Virus record (IMG/VR): IMGVR_UViG_3300011337_000086
Location: 1 to 47,070 of that record
DNA: 47,070 nt
Direction: 5' to 3' (one strand)
Origin: a virus
Taxonomy: Duplodnaviria > Caudoviricetes
Part shown: in pieces, positions 8,594 to 18,025 of the stretch
Layout of the letters: every line of letters begins with the position of its first letter
Numbering within the stretch: the stretch's first letter is position 1
The notes under the pieces: model-generated
Seen by the model: the letters and a program-made list of their open reading frames with translations, nothing else
What the model was told of the DNA's origin: nothing
Databases searched by the model: none
Made by a program: the position numbers and the translations under genes

Positions 8594-10512
8594 AGATCAA
8601 CAATTTCGCAAGAACCTACGCAAGCCATTGTCTGTGATCCAGATGTATTGTCTTCCTGTTCATAGTCTGCAAGCTTAGCCCAGTCAATAGCTACTGGCAT
8701 AACAGACAGCAGGTTATCATACTCTAACTTACCGACCTCTTGGTATGGAGCCTGTTGGTAGGTATGCTCATTGTATGGCAAGAAGGATACACCAGACATT
8801 TCATCAAAGTGCTTGTAGACAAAAGCACCTACCTCAACCCACTCATGCCCCCTGACGTTAATAGTAACAGAAGGCTTATGCTCACACCAACTACGCTGAT
8901 AGGCCAACCACATCTCTAGCTGGTCGATAGCACTTAGGTCAGCCGTTACCACTGCACCCGTAGGAGCCTTCATTGGGAAGCTGAACACGGTGGTCTGTGT
9001 AGGCTTCATCACATCAGGTTCAGATGGGATACCTTGGTCTTTCATAAACTGTGTCAGAGGGTCTTTGTTATCACCACGGACAGTACGAACATAATAGGCT
9101 GAGTGACGAGCATGAATGCCAGAGGCACTGTCAACAAGCTGACTGACTGTTCCCGAAGGTTTAACACAGGTGATAGCAGCAGCCACAGGGATACCAAGAC
9201 GTTCAGCCCACTCAGCATTAGTAACAATAGCAACATTCTTTAGATGCTCCAATGTTTGAGACAGACCAGCATTCTTTGTAGTCATCAGAGGATTGTCCAT
9301 GATCCCCGTCAGTGACACACCAAGCAGACGTTCTTCTTCAGTATTGGTTTGCCAAATCTTACGCAAGTAGGGGAACTTGGTGTAGGTCGATTGGATAGTA
9401 CCCAAGATGGTAGCAAGGCGAACCTTTTCTTCCAGTGTCTTGATAGTATCAGTAGCACGTACAACAACTTCCGTCAGGTTGCAGAACTGATAGGGACGCA
9501 GGATAATCTCGGAGCATGGGTTAGTACCAAAATCAAAGTCAGTCTTGCGGCGACCATTCTTTGCTGCCTGCTTCTTGGATGCCTGACGATTGAAGATGCC
9601 ACGCTCACCAGAACCAGACTCCATAAGTGCCAACCATTCACGCATGAAGCTGGTAGCATCTGGCTTCTCTGTGTAGCTAACAGAGTTATTAGCCAGACCA
9701 CGCTGCGGGTTATTCTCCCACCAGCTACCAGACTTAGCGTAACGCATACGATCATCTGACAAGTTAGATAGAGAAATCATAGCACTACGACGAACACCAC
9801 CAACTACAACCACTTCACCAATCTTACACATAATGTCATGGCATTCGATAGACGATAGCTTACGTCCTTTGGCTTCCTTGAACTTCCCAATAACAAACTG
9901 GAACAGGTCAATCAGTGGCGCTGGGCCTGATGCACGACCACCAAAGGTCTTCAACTTAGCACCAGCAGGACGAACCAGAGACACGTCCCACTTAGGGATT
10001 TCACCAGAGTACAGCAGTGCGATAACCTGACGCAGTGCCTTGGCCCAACCCTCTTTGCTATCCTTAACAACAACAACAGTCTCGGACTGATACATATTCT
10101 CTGGTACTTCTGGTAGCTTGCTGATGAACTGACGCTCTACAGAGAAGCCAACACCAGTACCACACAGCAGGATAAACATGGCTTCATCAAAAGCTTTAGG
10201 GTCATCAACAGGCATATACGAACAGTTATATCCCGCAGTGTTATCACGATCTAGCGCAGGGCCAGCAGTCATAACAGCCCGCATGGAAGGCATAACGTCT
10301 AGGCTAAGGATAGCCTGTTCAATCTTCAAATAAACTTCATTAGCTTCATTGGTGCTGATTTTATTGATCTTTTCAGAGACTACATTGGTCATGTAGCGAG
10401 CGACAGTTTCACCCCAGTTCTCACGGCGACCTTCTTCCTCTAGCCAACGGGCATAGCGTGAGGTTGCAATAAAGGACTGATAGTCTGTAGGTAGATAATT
10501 ACTGTTTCGCAT
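8590..10512 (-). CDS. nrdJ: Class II (adenosylcobalamin-dependent) ribonucleotide reductase
   Basis: 'GYNCS', 'TNPCSEI', 'TCVKPSGTVSQL', C-terminal cysteine pair; no beta subunit gene in window. Confidence 0.92.
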   Translation of the reverse strand: MRNSNYLPTDYQSFIATSRYARWLEEEGRRENWGETVARYMTNVVSEKINKISTNEANEVYLKIEQAILSLDVMPSMRAVMTAGPALDRDNTAGYNCSYMPVDDPKAFDEAMFILLCGTGVGFSVERQFISKLPEVPENMYQSETVVVVKDSKEGWAKALRQVIALLYSGEIPKWDVSLVRPAGAKLKTFGGRASGPAPLIDLFQFVIGKFKEAKGRKLSSIECHDIMCKIGEVVVVGGVRRSAMISLSNLSDDRMRYAKSGSWWENNPQRGLANNSVSYTEKPDATSFMREWLALMESGSGERGIFNRQASKKQAAKNGRRKTDFDFGTNPCSEIILRPYQFCNLTEVVVRATDTIKTLEEKVRLATILGTIQSTYTKFPYLRKIWQTNTEEERLLGVSLTGIMDNPLMTTKNAGLSQTLEHLKNVAIVTNAEWAERLGIPVAAAITCVKPSGTVSQLVDSASGIHARHSAYYVRTVRGDNKDPLTQFMKDQGIPSEPDVMKPTQTTVFSFPMKAPTGAVVTADLSAIDQLEMWLAYQRSWCEHKPSVTINVRGHEWVEVGAFVYKHFDEMSGVSFLPYNEHTYQQAPYQEVGKLEYDNLLSVMPVAIDWAKLADYEQEDNTSGSQTMACVGSCEIVDL

Positions 10513-10702
10513 TAGCGCCTCGTCTTTCTTTATCAAATTCCAACCAAATCAGTGTATCAATATCACAGCGACTGATACCAATATCTCGTAACGTCTTGTC
10601 ATCTAGTGCGTTCAGCTCTTTGATGATCCTTCGATGTTCTCGCCAAGTATGTATAAAGCGTAGAAACCGAATGATCCAAGTCTCTAGTAATTTCTTTTTC
10701 AT
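10499..10702 (-). CDS. DUF1127 (YjiS-like) small protein
   Basis: 'WREHRRIIKELNALDDKTLRDIGISRCDI' fits the DUF1127 pattern L..L.D..L.DIG..R. Confidence 0.85.
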   Translation of the reverse strand: MKKKLLETWIIRFLRFIHTWREHRRIIKELNALDDKTLRDIGISRCDIDTLIWLEFDKERRGANAKQ

Positions 10703-10711
10703 TCTGACCCC

Positions 10712-10876
10712 TCAGTCAATGATGATTGCAACACGGTGTGCCTGTAACACTATTCGGTTGGGAGTTACATCAGCCTTCTTAGCTAAAGGATTTTGTATGT
10801 CCCACTCGACTAGTACTACAGGCAAACTTGTGTCTCGAATTTTCTCCAGCTTATGGATTAACTCTTCGACTGTCAT
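10712..10876 (-). CDS. Hypothetical protein (54 aa, MTVEELIHKLEK...)
   Basis: Manually translated; ATGA overlap with upstream gene. Confidence 0.7.
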   Translation of the reverse strand: MTVEELIHKLEKIRDTSLPVVLVEWDIQNPLAKKADVTPNRIVLQAHRVAIIID

Positions 10877-11352
10877 GTAATAGTAATACCTTCTAGCAGG
10901 TCTGTCAAGTCAGGTTCCTTATAATTTGGCCCCTTCATGATCTTACCATCCTCACGAAGAATAGGCTTACCATCTTCACCCAGCTTAGACATATTGCTTA
11001 GGTGTACACGCTTGAAAGCTTCCCAGATTGTTGCAGTACTAAACTGTTCTTCTGCTAATACAAAAGCTTCACTGACATTGTGTAGTAAATCTTTCCACTC
11101 TTGTTCCTCTTCTTCACTGATAACACCTTCTCCAACACCGCCACCAAGTACCAAGATGAAACCAGTCCGAACATACAGCAAGTCTGCAATCTCTTTCAGC
11201 GCATTCTCACTACCATAGACACTGGCATTAAACTCACTCAACTCTTCCTGCACAAGTTTAACCCACAGGCGTAGGTCTAGGGATGCCTTAAAAGTTCTGA
11301 TAAACTCTGCAACCATAAATCCTTCGTGCTGCATTACTTCTTCTTGTGTCAT
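10873..11352 (-). CDS. MazG-like/NTP pyrophosphohydrolase
   Basis: 'EELSEF...KEIADLLYV' and 'RVHLSNMSKLGEDGKPILREDGKIMKGPNY'. Confidence 0.85.
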   Translation of the reverse strand: MTQEEVMQHEGFMVAEFIRTFKASLDLRLWVKLVQEELSEFNASVYGSENALKEIADLLYVRTGFILVLGGGVGEGVISEEEEQEWKDLLHNVSEAFVLAEEQFSTATIWEAFKRVHLSNMSKLGEDGKPILREDGKIMKGPNYKEPDLTDLLEGITIT

Positions 11353-11510
11353 TAGTTTTGCTCCAATACTTCTAGTGTGTGTAGTTTAAGATCATCTAAG
11401 TCAAAGATGGCTGACTCCACAAGGCTATAGACGTTTTCCATTTCGTCATCTGTCCTTGCAAAAGCAGACTCTTTGTCAACTTCAACAACCAACGTAATCT
11501 CATACCTCAT
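11352..11510 (-). CDS. Hypothetical acidic protein (52 aa)
   Basis: Manually translated; ATGA and TAATG overlaps with neighbours. Confidence 0.7.
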   Translation of the reverse strand: MRYEITLVVEVDKESAFARTDDEMENVYSLVESAIFDLDDLKLHTLEVLEQN

Positions 11511-12283
11511 TCTTCATACGCTTTCATAATCTGCGCAAGAGATACAAACTCTGGTTCATACATACCATTAGCCAACTCTCGCTTAACTACCACACCATGC
11601 CACCAACCAGCGTTAGCTTGGCCTGCCCAATCCTCTGCCGCACCCTTGAAGCAACCTACGACAAGACCGATGTTCCCTCGTGGGAGTGCTGCGTCCTTGA
11701 AGTGCAGGTCACGCTTATGTGAATGACCACAGGTAGCAGAACAACTTAGGTTTTGGATCACGCTGTGTGCATGGTGGATACCCCCAGTTGCAGTAGCAGA
11801 GTTGCCAGAAGTAAAGTAGTGTGCGTATGCTACTCCGTCATACATAGCAACTGCTGGCCCACCATTTTCATACTCATGGTAGTCATCAAACCAGTGGTCA
11901 GTGTCAAGGTGACTGAAAGAAATCCCAAACTTCTCCCCCTCGCTACGTGGGTTCTTAGCTACGTAAGACTTGATACGATGTTCATGGTTGCCCTCAAAGC
12001 CTACCCAGTATGGGCGTTTCTTACGATGATGCTTGAAGGGTTCACGCAGGTATTCTTGGGACTGATTGTAACACTCAATGTCTTTCTCATAATTCTGTGA
12101 TGAAATTGCTTTAGGATACTTCTCATCATAGGTGTTAAGAGAACGCATATCAGCACCATCACCCAGATCAAACACCATGTCTGGCTTCAAGTCATACAGG
12201 AACTTGCCTAATGCTTTGAAGCGAATGTTACTGACAGCAGGGTCAGAGTGTGCGCAGGAATATACTACTACTGTTTTAGACAT
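11507..12283 (-). CDS. Calcineurin-like metallophosphoesterase
   Basis: 'DLGDGAD', 'EGNHE', 'GHSH' motifs. Confidence 0.85.
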   Translation of the reverse strand: MSKTVVVYSCAHSDPAVSNIRFKALGKFLYDLKPDMVFDLGDGADMRSLNTYDEKYPKAISSQNYEKDIECYNQSQEYLREPFKHHRKKRPYWVGFEGNHEHRIKSYVAKNPRSEGEKFGISFSHLDTDHWFDDYHEYENGGPAVAMYDGVAYAHYFTSGNSATATGGIHHAHSVIQNLSCSATCGHSHKRDLHFKDAALPRGNIGLVVGCFKGAAEDWAGQANAGWWHGVVVKRELANGMYEPEFVSLAQIMKAYEE

Positions 12284-12596
12284 ACTCGTGAAACTCCCCT
12301 AGGTTCATAGGCAGTGGTTCGATAGACTTGTTGAAGTGGTCAATGATATGCTTAGCTTCACCGTAGTTTTCAAACCAAGCCTCAATGTCAAATACATCTG
12401 AGCCTACTGCAATCTTTAAGATCAAACGTACAGCACTATCAGATACATCAAGTCCATCCAGTTCGTTATAGTCTAGTTCTTCTGCACGTTTTGCACCCTC
12501 AACAATACTCCAGATTTGTGCATCATTACTGGGGATAGGGTCAATCATTTGCAGATCAAACACATCCATAGCCCATTTTTTCAGCCAGTTAAACAT
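12276..12596 (-). CDS. Hypothetical protein
   Basis: 106 aa, overlapping both neighbours. Confidence 0.7.
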   Translation of the reverse strand: MFNWLKKWAMDVFDLQMIDPIPSNDAQIWSIVEGAKRAEELDYNELDGLDVSDSAVRLILKIAVGSDVFDIEAWFENYGEAKHIIDHFNKSIEPLPMNLGEFHEYV

Positions 12597-12936
12597 TCTT
12601 CCAACCTCTCAAGAGTTCCATGTAGTGGTCTAGGCCAACCATTACAATCCATTCAGAACGATCTGCCCTAAAGAAAAGTACTGGCTCACCCTTGCCATGT
12701 CGTTTAGCTTGCTCAAGCCAATCATACTGCATCTTCATCCCAGACTTACGCCTCTTGACTTCAATGGTGATTGGCATCTTCTTACGGGCAGCGGGAGAAA
12801 GCTGAATGTCCTCTCCCCCGTCACCCATTGTTGTTGACTTGATATCATCAGGCTCAAACTCAGGGAAGACCTCAAGAAGTTTGTCCCTGATTTCGTTCTG
12901 TCCAAGTCTACCTTTTTGTTTGGCTGCTCTTGTCAT
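12589..12936 (-). CDS. PD-(D/E)XK nuclease, Holliday junction resolvase-like
   Basis: 'KQKGRLGQ', 'GEDIQLS...IEVKRR'. Confidence 0.75.
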   Translation of the reverse strand: MTRAAKQKGRLGQNEIRDKLLEVFPEFEPDDIKSTTMGDGGEDIQLSPAARKKMPITIEVKRRKSGMKMQYDWLEQAKRHGKGEPVLFFRADRSEWIVMVGLDHYMELLRGWKNV

Positions 12937-13787
12937 TCAATCCACTCCGTCACACGAGGTTCATTGACGACATCAACAAGGTATACTGGCCCTGTACTGT
13001 ATAGAAAAGTTCTTGCCTCTGGCCAACAAACCTTACGAAACTCGCAATAACCACAGGTGGCGGATAGCTTAGTGTTTTCAGAAGTTTCGGACTGAGGTAC
13101 TGGGGGTATTCTATCCTCAGGAATAGTACCAGCAACAAGGCTTTGTACACGTTTAATCTCCTGTTCTTTACCCTTAAGTTCTTTCGTAAAGTCGTACTTG
13201 TCTAGGCATAGCTTGAACCTATCCTTCTGAACTACAAGAAATGCACCCTCTGTTTTATTCTTAACAAGTGGGTCATCTTTCCCTGCGTACACATACGAGC
13301 TTAGCTGGCTGATGTATCCGAAGGGGTCTTCCTGACGCAGATTATGCTTCTTGAACTTCTTAAACCCATGCTCAGAGGCAGACTTCACATCAACAGTGAC
13401 ACCATCAATGATAGCATCACGTTGTCCACTAACACCGAAGACATCCACCCTGTCCTGCATACCCTCTACCTTATGCCCTGCGGCTACAGCGAGTGCTAGG
13501 ATCAAGGCTTCAAGTAGATCACCATAGAAGAAAGTGCCTAGGGTTTCTGCCCGCAGTGGTTCAGAGTCTTGGCTTTGGTTGATCTTGTACCAAAGTTTCC
13601 TGTCGCAAGGTGAGCCAATGCCAGAGAGGCTTAGGTAATCCCGTGGTACTTGCTCTTGGGAAAACCTAGCCTCTGCAACAGCAGCAATAGAGGAAGACAG
13701 GAACTGTGTTGATGCAGCATCCCATCCCCCTTTACCTTCGACAACCCTGTAGATATCATCCACGAGTGTGTCTAATGTTTTACTCAA
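12933..13787 (-). CDS. Cas4/RecB-like PD-(D/E)XK exonuclease
   Basis: 'DAIIDGVTVDVKS'; one N-terminal Cys (SPCDR) plus C-terminal CxxCxxxxxC, an Fe-S staple pattern. Confidence 0.8.
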   Translation of the reverse strand: MSKTLDTLVDDIYRVVEGKGGWDAASTQFLSSSIAAVAEARFSQEQVPRDYLSLSGIGSPCDRKLWYKINQSQDSEPLRAETLGTFFYGDLLEALILALAVAAGHKVEGMQDRVDVFGVSGQRDAIIDGVTVDVKSASEHGFKKFKKHNLRQEDPFGYISQLSSYVYAGKDDPLVKNKTEGAFLVVQKDRFKLCLDKYDFTKELKGKEQEIKRVQSLVAGTIPEDRIPPVPQSETSENTKLSATCGYCEFRKVCWPEARTFLYSTGPVYLVDVVNEPRVTEWIE

Positions 13788-14329
13788 AACGGAATCTCAT
13801 CATCATCTTCAACTGTGTAGACTTTAGGTGCTGGCTTAGTAGCAGACTTGGCTGCTGCCTTAGGTGGTGGAGCTTCGTCCTCTTCTTCATCCTCGTCAGG
13901 GTTATACTCTACATGGTTAGTAACCTTAACCTTTTCAAGGCGAGTGCCAATGATGTTCTTACGAGAGGTATCATAGACATTGAGGATAACTTCTACAGTA
14001 GAACCATTACCAATAGAACCATCTTCGTCGTAGTCCCAGACAGTGCCATCGTCCTTGACCACCTTAGGCGCACCACCAGCATAGGCTTCTTCCCACTTAC
14101 GCTTGAAGCGCACACGAGTTAAACCCTCATTGTCAGGGCTGTCCTTACCCTTGAGCATCGACTTGCTTTTAGCCAGCTTAGCCATGCTCTCTGCATCCAA
14201 GTCAACGTCGATGGTGCATTGGCCACCAGCATCCTTGAGTGCATTCTCATACCCAGTCAAGTCCCTATTATCTTCGAAGCATTTAGCCCAGTATGCAATG
14301 CCAGTTAGTTTTACTTTACGTGTTGCCAT
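13784..14329 (-). CDS. Single-stranded DNA-binding protein (T7 gp2.5-like)
   Basis: 'IGNGSTV', acidic tail ending DDDEIPF; lies between polymerase and exonuclease. Confidence 0.8.
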   Translation of the reverse strand: MATRKVKLTGIAYWAKCFEDNRDLTGYENALKDAGGQCTIDVDLDAESMAKLAKSKSMLKGKDSPDNEGLTRVRFKRKWEEAYAGGAPKVVKDDGTVWDYDEDGSIGNGSTVEVILNVYDTSRKNIIGTRLEKVKVTNHVEYNPDEDEEEDEAPPPKAAAKSATKPAPKVYTVEDDDEIPF

Positions 14330-14352
14330 GTGTAGCTCCTTTGCAATGTGTA

Positions 14353-14382
14353 ATTATAGCAGGTATTAGTTGGGTTGTGCAA
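14353..14382 (-). promoter_or_regulatory. sigma70-type promoter for SSB
   Basis: TTGCAC-N18-TATAAT with TG extended -10. Confidence 0.6.
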
Positions 14383-14518
14383 CAGGTTTCTCACCCGCTA
14401 CACGATATTTTCTAGTCTTCGAGTTATCCCGAACCAACTCTTTACCACCAGCAGCCATACGCATAGGGATACTGTTTGGCTTGGTCAACTTCTTTAGTCC
14501 TATGATTTTCTTTTCCAT
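14366..14518 (-). CDS. Hypothetical basic protein (50 aa)
   Basis: Manually translated MEKKIIGLKK...; GAGG RBS. Confidence 0.55.
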   Translation of the reverse strand: MEKKIIGLKKLTKPNSIPMRMAAGGKELVRDNSKTRKYRVAGEKPVAQPN

Positions 14519-14527
14519 ATTCTTTCC

Positions 14528-16408
14528 TCAGTGAATTGATGAGTATGTGATACCAAACTGTACGTCAATGTCCAGCTTGATGTTTAGCTTGAGCTTCTCG
14601 TTCACCTTCTCAATAGCCCAACGAAGAACTGACTCATGCTCTTCCTCTTCGCCTACTGGGATACGATTGATAGACTCGTCGTGAAACTGGCCTACGATGT
14701 TTGGTCGTTTGGTCAGATAGTGTGCCACCCACTGGTCGAAGCAGTATGCCCCAGTGGATTGGTTTAGCGTGGAGAAGATATCCTTCTCGTATCGTAGGGA
14801 GTACCAGAAACCATTGACAGGGTTACGCACCCACATCTGCTTGTTCAAGGTCTTCACCTGTTGTTCCTTAGCAAACTGTTTGACTGCCCAGTTACGCTCC
14901 CAGTATGCCTCAAGCAACACACCAGCTTCTGATACAGACATACCCGTAGTGCGTGACAGCTTACTCTTACCTACACCATAGACTGCGCTGTAGTTCACAG
15001 GCTTAAACTTCTTGCGTGTCTTCTTGATATCCTTGAAGCGGGAGATATCATTGACAGTAGCTTCGTCAGCCCGTGTGTAGAACTCATAGTCCTCACGGGT
15101 GATGTAGCCTGCACGTACAGCTAGGTCAAGGTGTTCATCGAAACCTTCCACTGACATTTCTGCAACGTACTCAGGGTCGTAGGGGAAGATGAAGTGACGC
15201 TTAGTGGTAGCCTCAAGGGATACCATGTCTGCACCACACAGGACTGTACCCTCGTCAGCAATAAGCGCACCACGAATTTCCTTACCCCAAGGCTTATCAA
15301 CTCCGGGAAGATTAACCAGTGGTTTCTTATGCTTGAAGCGTAGTGTGTTGGTTAGACCAGCAACCTCTGCACTGACATATCCATCAACCTCTGACTCTAG
15401 CATACCCTCGAAGATAGACTTGCGGTGCTGCAAGACTGTGAGGCCATCAAGAACACCCACCTCTGGGTGATCCTCAATAAGTAGCTTAACAGATGGTGCA
15501 AGCTCACCTTCCTTACGTATCTGTGGGACTAGCCTCTCGCTACCATCATCATTGGTCTTGTAGTCAAAGGTGCATGGCTCCCACCCAAAGGAGAACAGCC
15601 AGTCCTTGACCTGATCTGGTGAGTTAGGGTTAGCCTTCTCCTTGCTCTTAACTACAGTAACATCCCCCTCGTGGAACAGTGGTAGGTCATTCTCTTCGAG
15701 TATCCTGAACCAGTCCAGTGCAGCCTTGCTGTGTGACCCATCCTTAATGGTCATCTTCTCTGGCTTAGACTTAGTGGTATACTTGACCACATCAGGCATG
15801 ACACTGCGTAGCTCCTCTACCTTCTCTGTCTGTAGTTTCTCTAGCGTAGCCAGTGATTCTGTCACAAGCTTCTTGTCAATACGCCAGCCAGCAGCACTAG
15901 CCTTGTGAGCTACACGCATCTTGAACGTAAGGTACTGGAAGAACTTCTCCATGCTGTCTGTGTCTTTACCATACAACATCTTGTAACGCTTGAGCAGGTT
16001 CTGCCACAGCATCCAGTTGATCTTCACATCCTCTTCACAGCGATGTTTATACTCTTCGTAGCTTAGGCCAACCCAGTCTGTGACCACAGGCTTAGGTATA
16101 CCGAAGTCTTCACCAAAGGATTCAAGCCCGTGGATCATACGATCAGTATTGATTACCCAAGACATAGGCAGTGTGTCATAGAGCTTAGCCTTGATGGTGA
16201 CACCAAGGATTTTCTCTAGTACAGGTACGTCGAAGCGTAGCCCGTTATGAAAAACTAGGCTGTCTGCCCGCTCAAGAAAGAGTTGCATCTCCTCGTAATC
16301 CCGAAGGCTGTGAAACTCAGTCCCATTAGATGTATAGGACAATACATGAACCTTAGTTGCAACATCAAGAAGTCCATCTGTTTCACAGTCTACTACGTAG
16401 GTTGTCAC
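14528..16408 (-). CDS. Family A DNA polymerase with 3'-5' exonuclease domain
   Basis: ExoI DCETD, ExoII HNGLRFD, motif A DMVSLE, motif B RKKFKPVNYSAVYG, motif C HDE; GTG start after GAGGAG. Confidence 0.93.
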   Translation of the reverse strand: MTTYVVDCETDGLLDVATKVHVLSYTSNGTEFHSLRDYEEMQLFLERADSLVFHNGLRFDVPVLEKILGVTIKAKLYDTLPMSWVINTDRMIHGLESFGEDFGIPKPVVTDWVGLSYEEYKHRCEEDVKINWMLWQNLLKRYKMLYGKDTDSMEKFFQYLTFKMRVAHKASAAGWRIDKKLVTESLATLEKLQTEKVEELRSVMPDVVKYTTKSKPEKMTIKDGSHSKAALDWFRILEENDLPLFHEGDVTVVKSKEKANPNSPDQVKDWLFSFGWEPCTFDYKTNDDGSERLVPQIRKEGELAPSVKLLIEDHPEVGVLDGLTVLQHRKSIFEGMLESEVDGYVSAEVAGLTNTLRFKHKKPLVNLPGVDKPWGKEIRGALIADEGTVLCGADMVSLEATTKRHFIFPYDPEYVAEMSVEGFDEHLDLAVRAGYITREDYEFYTRADEATVNDISRFKDIKKTRKKFKPVNYSAVYGVGKSKLSRTTGMSVSEAGVLLEAYWERNWAVKQFAKEQQVKTLNKQMWVRNPVNGFWYSLRYEKDIFSTLNQSTGAYCFDQWVAHYLTKRPNIVGQFHDESINRIPVGEEEEHESVLRWAIEKVNEKLKLNIKLDIDVQFGITYSSIH

Positions 16409-16826
16409 TCTCTGTATGCTCCTCAAGATAGTCTATCATCTTTTTCAATAGGGTTATGTCATCCTTAGCATTACCTAGCGCATAGTTACAAGTACTACAA
16501 AGAAGTTTTCTAACACTCCCTGTGGAATGGTTGTGGTCTACGGAAAGGTTTCGTTCACCCTTTAGACCACAAATATAACAGACGCCGCCCTGCTTAGAGA
16601 GCATATCTTCATACTGCTCTAGTGTAAGGCCATATTTAGCCTGTAGTAAATACTTCCTAGATGCAAGATTCTGCGTTTCTTTAACCCCCTCGACAGTAAA
16701 ATACCTCTCACTATTCCTCCTATTTGTACAGACTTTACAGTGTGACCTTCTTCCAGACTTTGCATCACTCCTAGTATGAAAACCTTCTACTGGTTTATCT
16801 TCTTTACATTTGCTACATATAGGCAT
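16383..16826 (-). CDS. Endonuclease VII-type homing endonuclease
   Basis: 'KYGLTLEQYEDML..QGGVCYIC...VDHNHSTGSVRKLLCSTCN'. Confidence 0.9.
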   Translation of the reverse strand: MPICSKCKEDKPVEGFHTRSDAKSGRRSHCKVCTNRRNSERYFTVEGVKETQNLASRKYLLQAKYGLTLEQYEDMLSKQGGVCYICGLKGERNLSVDHNHSTGSVRKLLCSTCNYALGNAKDDITLLKKMIDYLEEHTESDNLRSRL

Positions 16827-16852
16827 TAGTTTCCCCTTTCAATGGTCACAAG

Positions 16853-16882
16853 AGTTATATCATATTTTGCCCACTTGTCAAG
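16853..16882 (-). promoter_or_regulatory. sigma70-type promoter
   Basis: CTTGAC-N17-TATAACT, same layout as 34341 and 46108. Confidence 0.7.
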
Positions 16883-18024
16883 CGAAGAGTATCATTATAC
16901 ATCCTTACAATATCTGGTAGTGTGACACGTAGTTCATTAGAGATGAGTTTGTTACAGTATCCGTAACATTGTTGTATCATGGCATGAAGAACCCTACTAC
17001 CTGTAGGATTGTCTACATCAACAACAGAGCCAGTAGTAAGTCCAAGGGTTGCCCTCTCCTTGCCCTCAATCTTGAACACAGCGTAGTTACCAATACTAGC
17101 CGTGTGCGCATATGATGCAACACAGTGACGCATCTGCATACCTTCTGCAGCAATATCAGCCTGTGAGGTTAGAAGTGTAAAGGTATATCCATCCTGTGTA
17201 AAGACACAATCTTTTGTAAAATTTGTCTCGGAGTAACCCTTACGTGCTACATCCCATGACAGATGATCATGCTCCTCAAGCCAACGACGATAAGACCAAC
17301 TAGGGTTTACCTTAACCCCAGCCCTATCAGCCATACGCACAGTATCTCTTATGATATCAAATGTTTGATCAAAGTCTTTGATACGTGGGGCAACCTTCGC
17401 AGAGATTACCAGTGCCTCTTTCATATTCTGATATAATATAGCATAGGTTGATATCCCAGATAGGATACCTGTTCTCACAGAAATAGCTTCTGGCATATCT
17501 CTCATAAGTGGTGCAAGGTACTTCATCCTAGTCTTTGAGGTATGTGAGAGTTGCTTCCACAAACCTTTACCAAACCTTTTACGCAACTGCTGTGGGTCTT
17601 CTTCAAACTCAAGCATCAAGGGTATCAGGTTGATCGTTCTATCCTTAACTGCTTGGTCAATCAGGTACTTATTCTTTGTGGCCTTAGCTACCATATAGGG
17701 AGAGAAGGTATTCCAACGCCTACCATTACGACTTATTGCGAAGTAAGTCTCACGGGGGAAGTTTGCTTTGATGAACGTGTTGTATAGCGCAGCGTTCAGA
17801 CGTAGGGTTATCTTAGAACCGAAGTACTCGTGCAGCTTTTTATTGAGGGTCTTGGCTGGGGTAGTGTCAGTGCCAAAGGCTATATTTGTCCAGCAGTCCT
17901 TATAGTCTGTATATAGCCAGTCGTTGAACTGGAAAGGTTTGCGTGGGACTTCTTCATACTTACTGAAAACTTTGTCGCCCAGCTTTACAAAATCTTTTCC
18001 GCTTGTCAGTTCATATAGTGCCAT
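16855..18024 (-). CDS. PcfJ-like domain protein
   Basis: C-terminal 'LLTSQADIAAEGMQMRHCVASY...RATLGL'. Confidence 0.75.
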   Translation of the reverse strand: MALYELTSGKDFVKLGDKVFSKYEEVPRKPFQFNDWLYTDYKDCWTNIAFGTDTTPAKTLNKKLHEYFGSKITLRLNAALYNTFIKANFPRETYFAISRNGRRWNTFSPYMVAKATKNKYLIDQAVKDRTINLIPLMLEFEEDPQQLRKRFGKGLWKQLSHTSKTRMKYLAPLMRDMPEAISVRTGILSGISTYAILYQNMKEALVISAKVAPRIKDFDQTFDIIRDTVRMADRAGVKVNPSWSYRRWLEEHDHLSWDVARKGYSETNFTKDCVFTQDGYTFTLLTSQADIAAEGMQMRHCVASYAHTASIGNYAVFKIEGKERATLGLTTGSVVDVDNPTGSRVLHAMIQQCYGYCNKLISNELRVTLPDIVRMYNDTLRLTSGQNMI

Positions 18025-18025
18025 C

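Noticed and set aside
8054-8620. Group I intron in nrdJ
   Set aside because: The ORF fills the whole insert, no intron core is evident, and nrdJ is already complete without splicing
12933-13787. Cas4 as evidence of a CRISPR-Cas system
   Set aside because: Solo Cas4-like exonuclease in a replication module; no array or other cas genes
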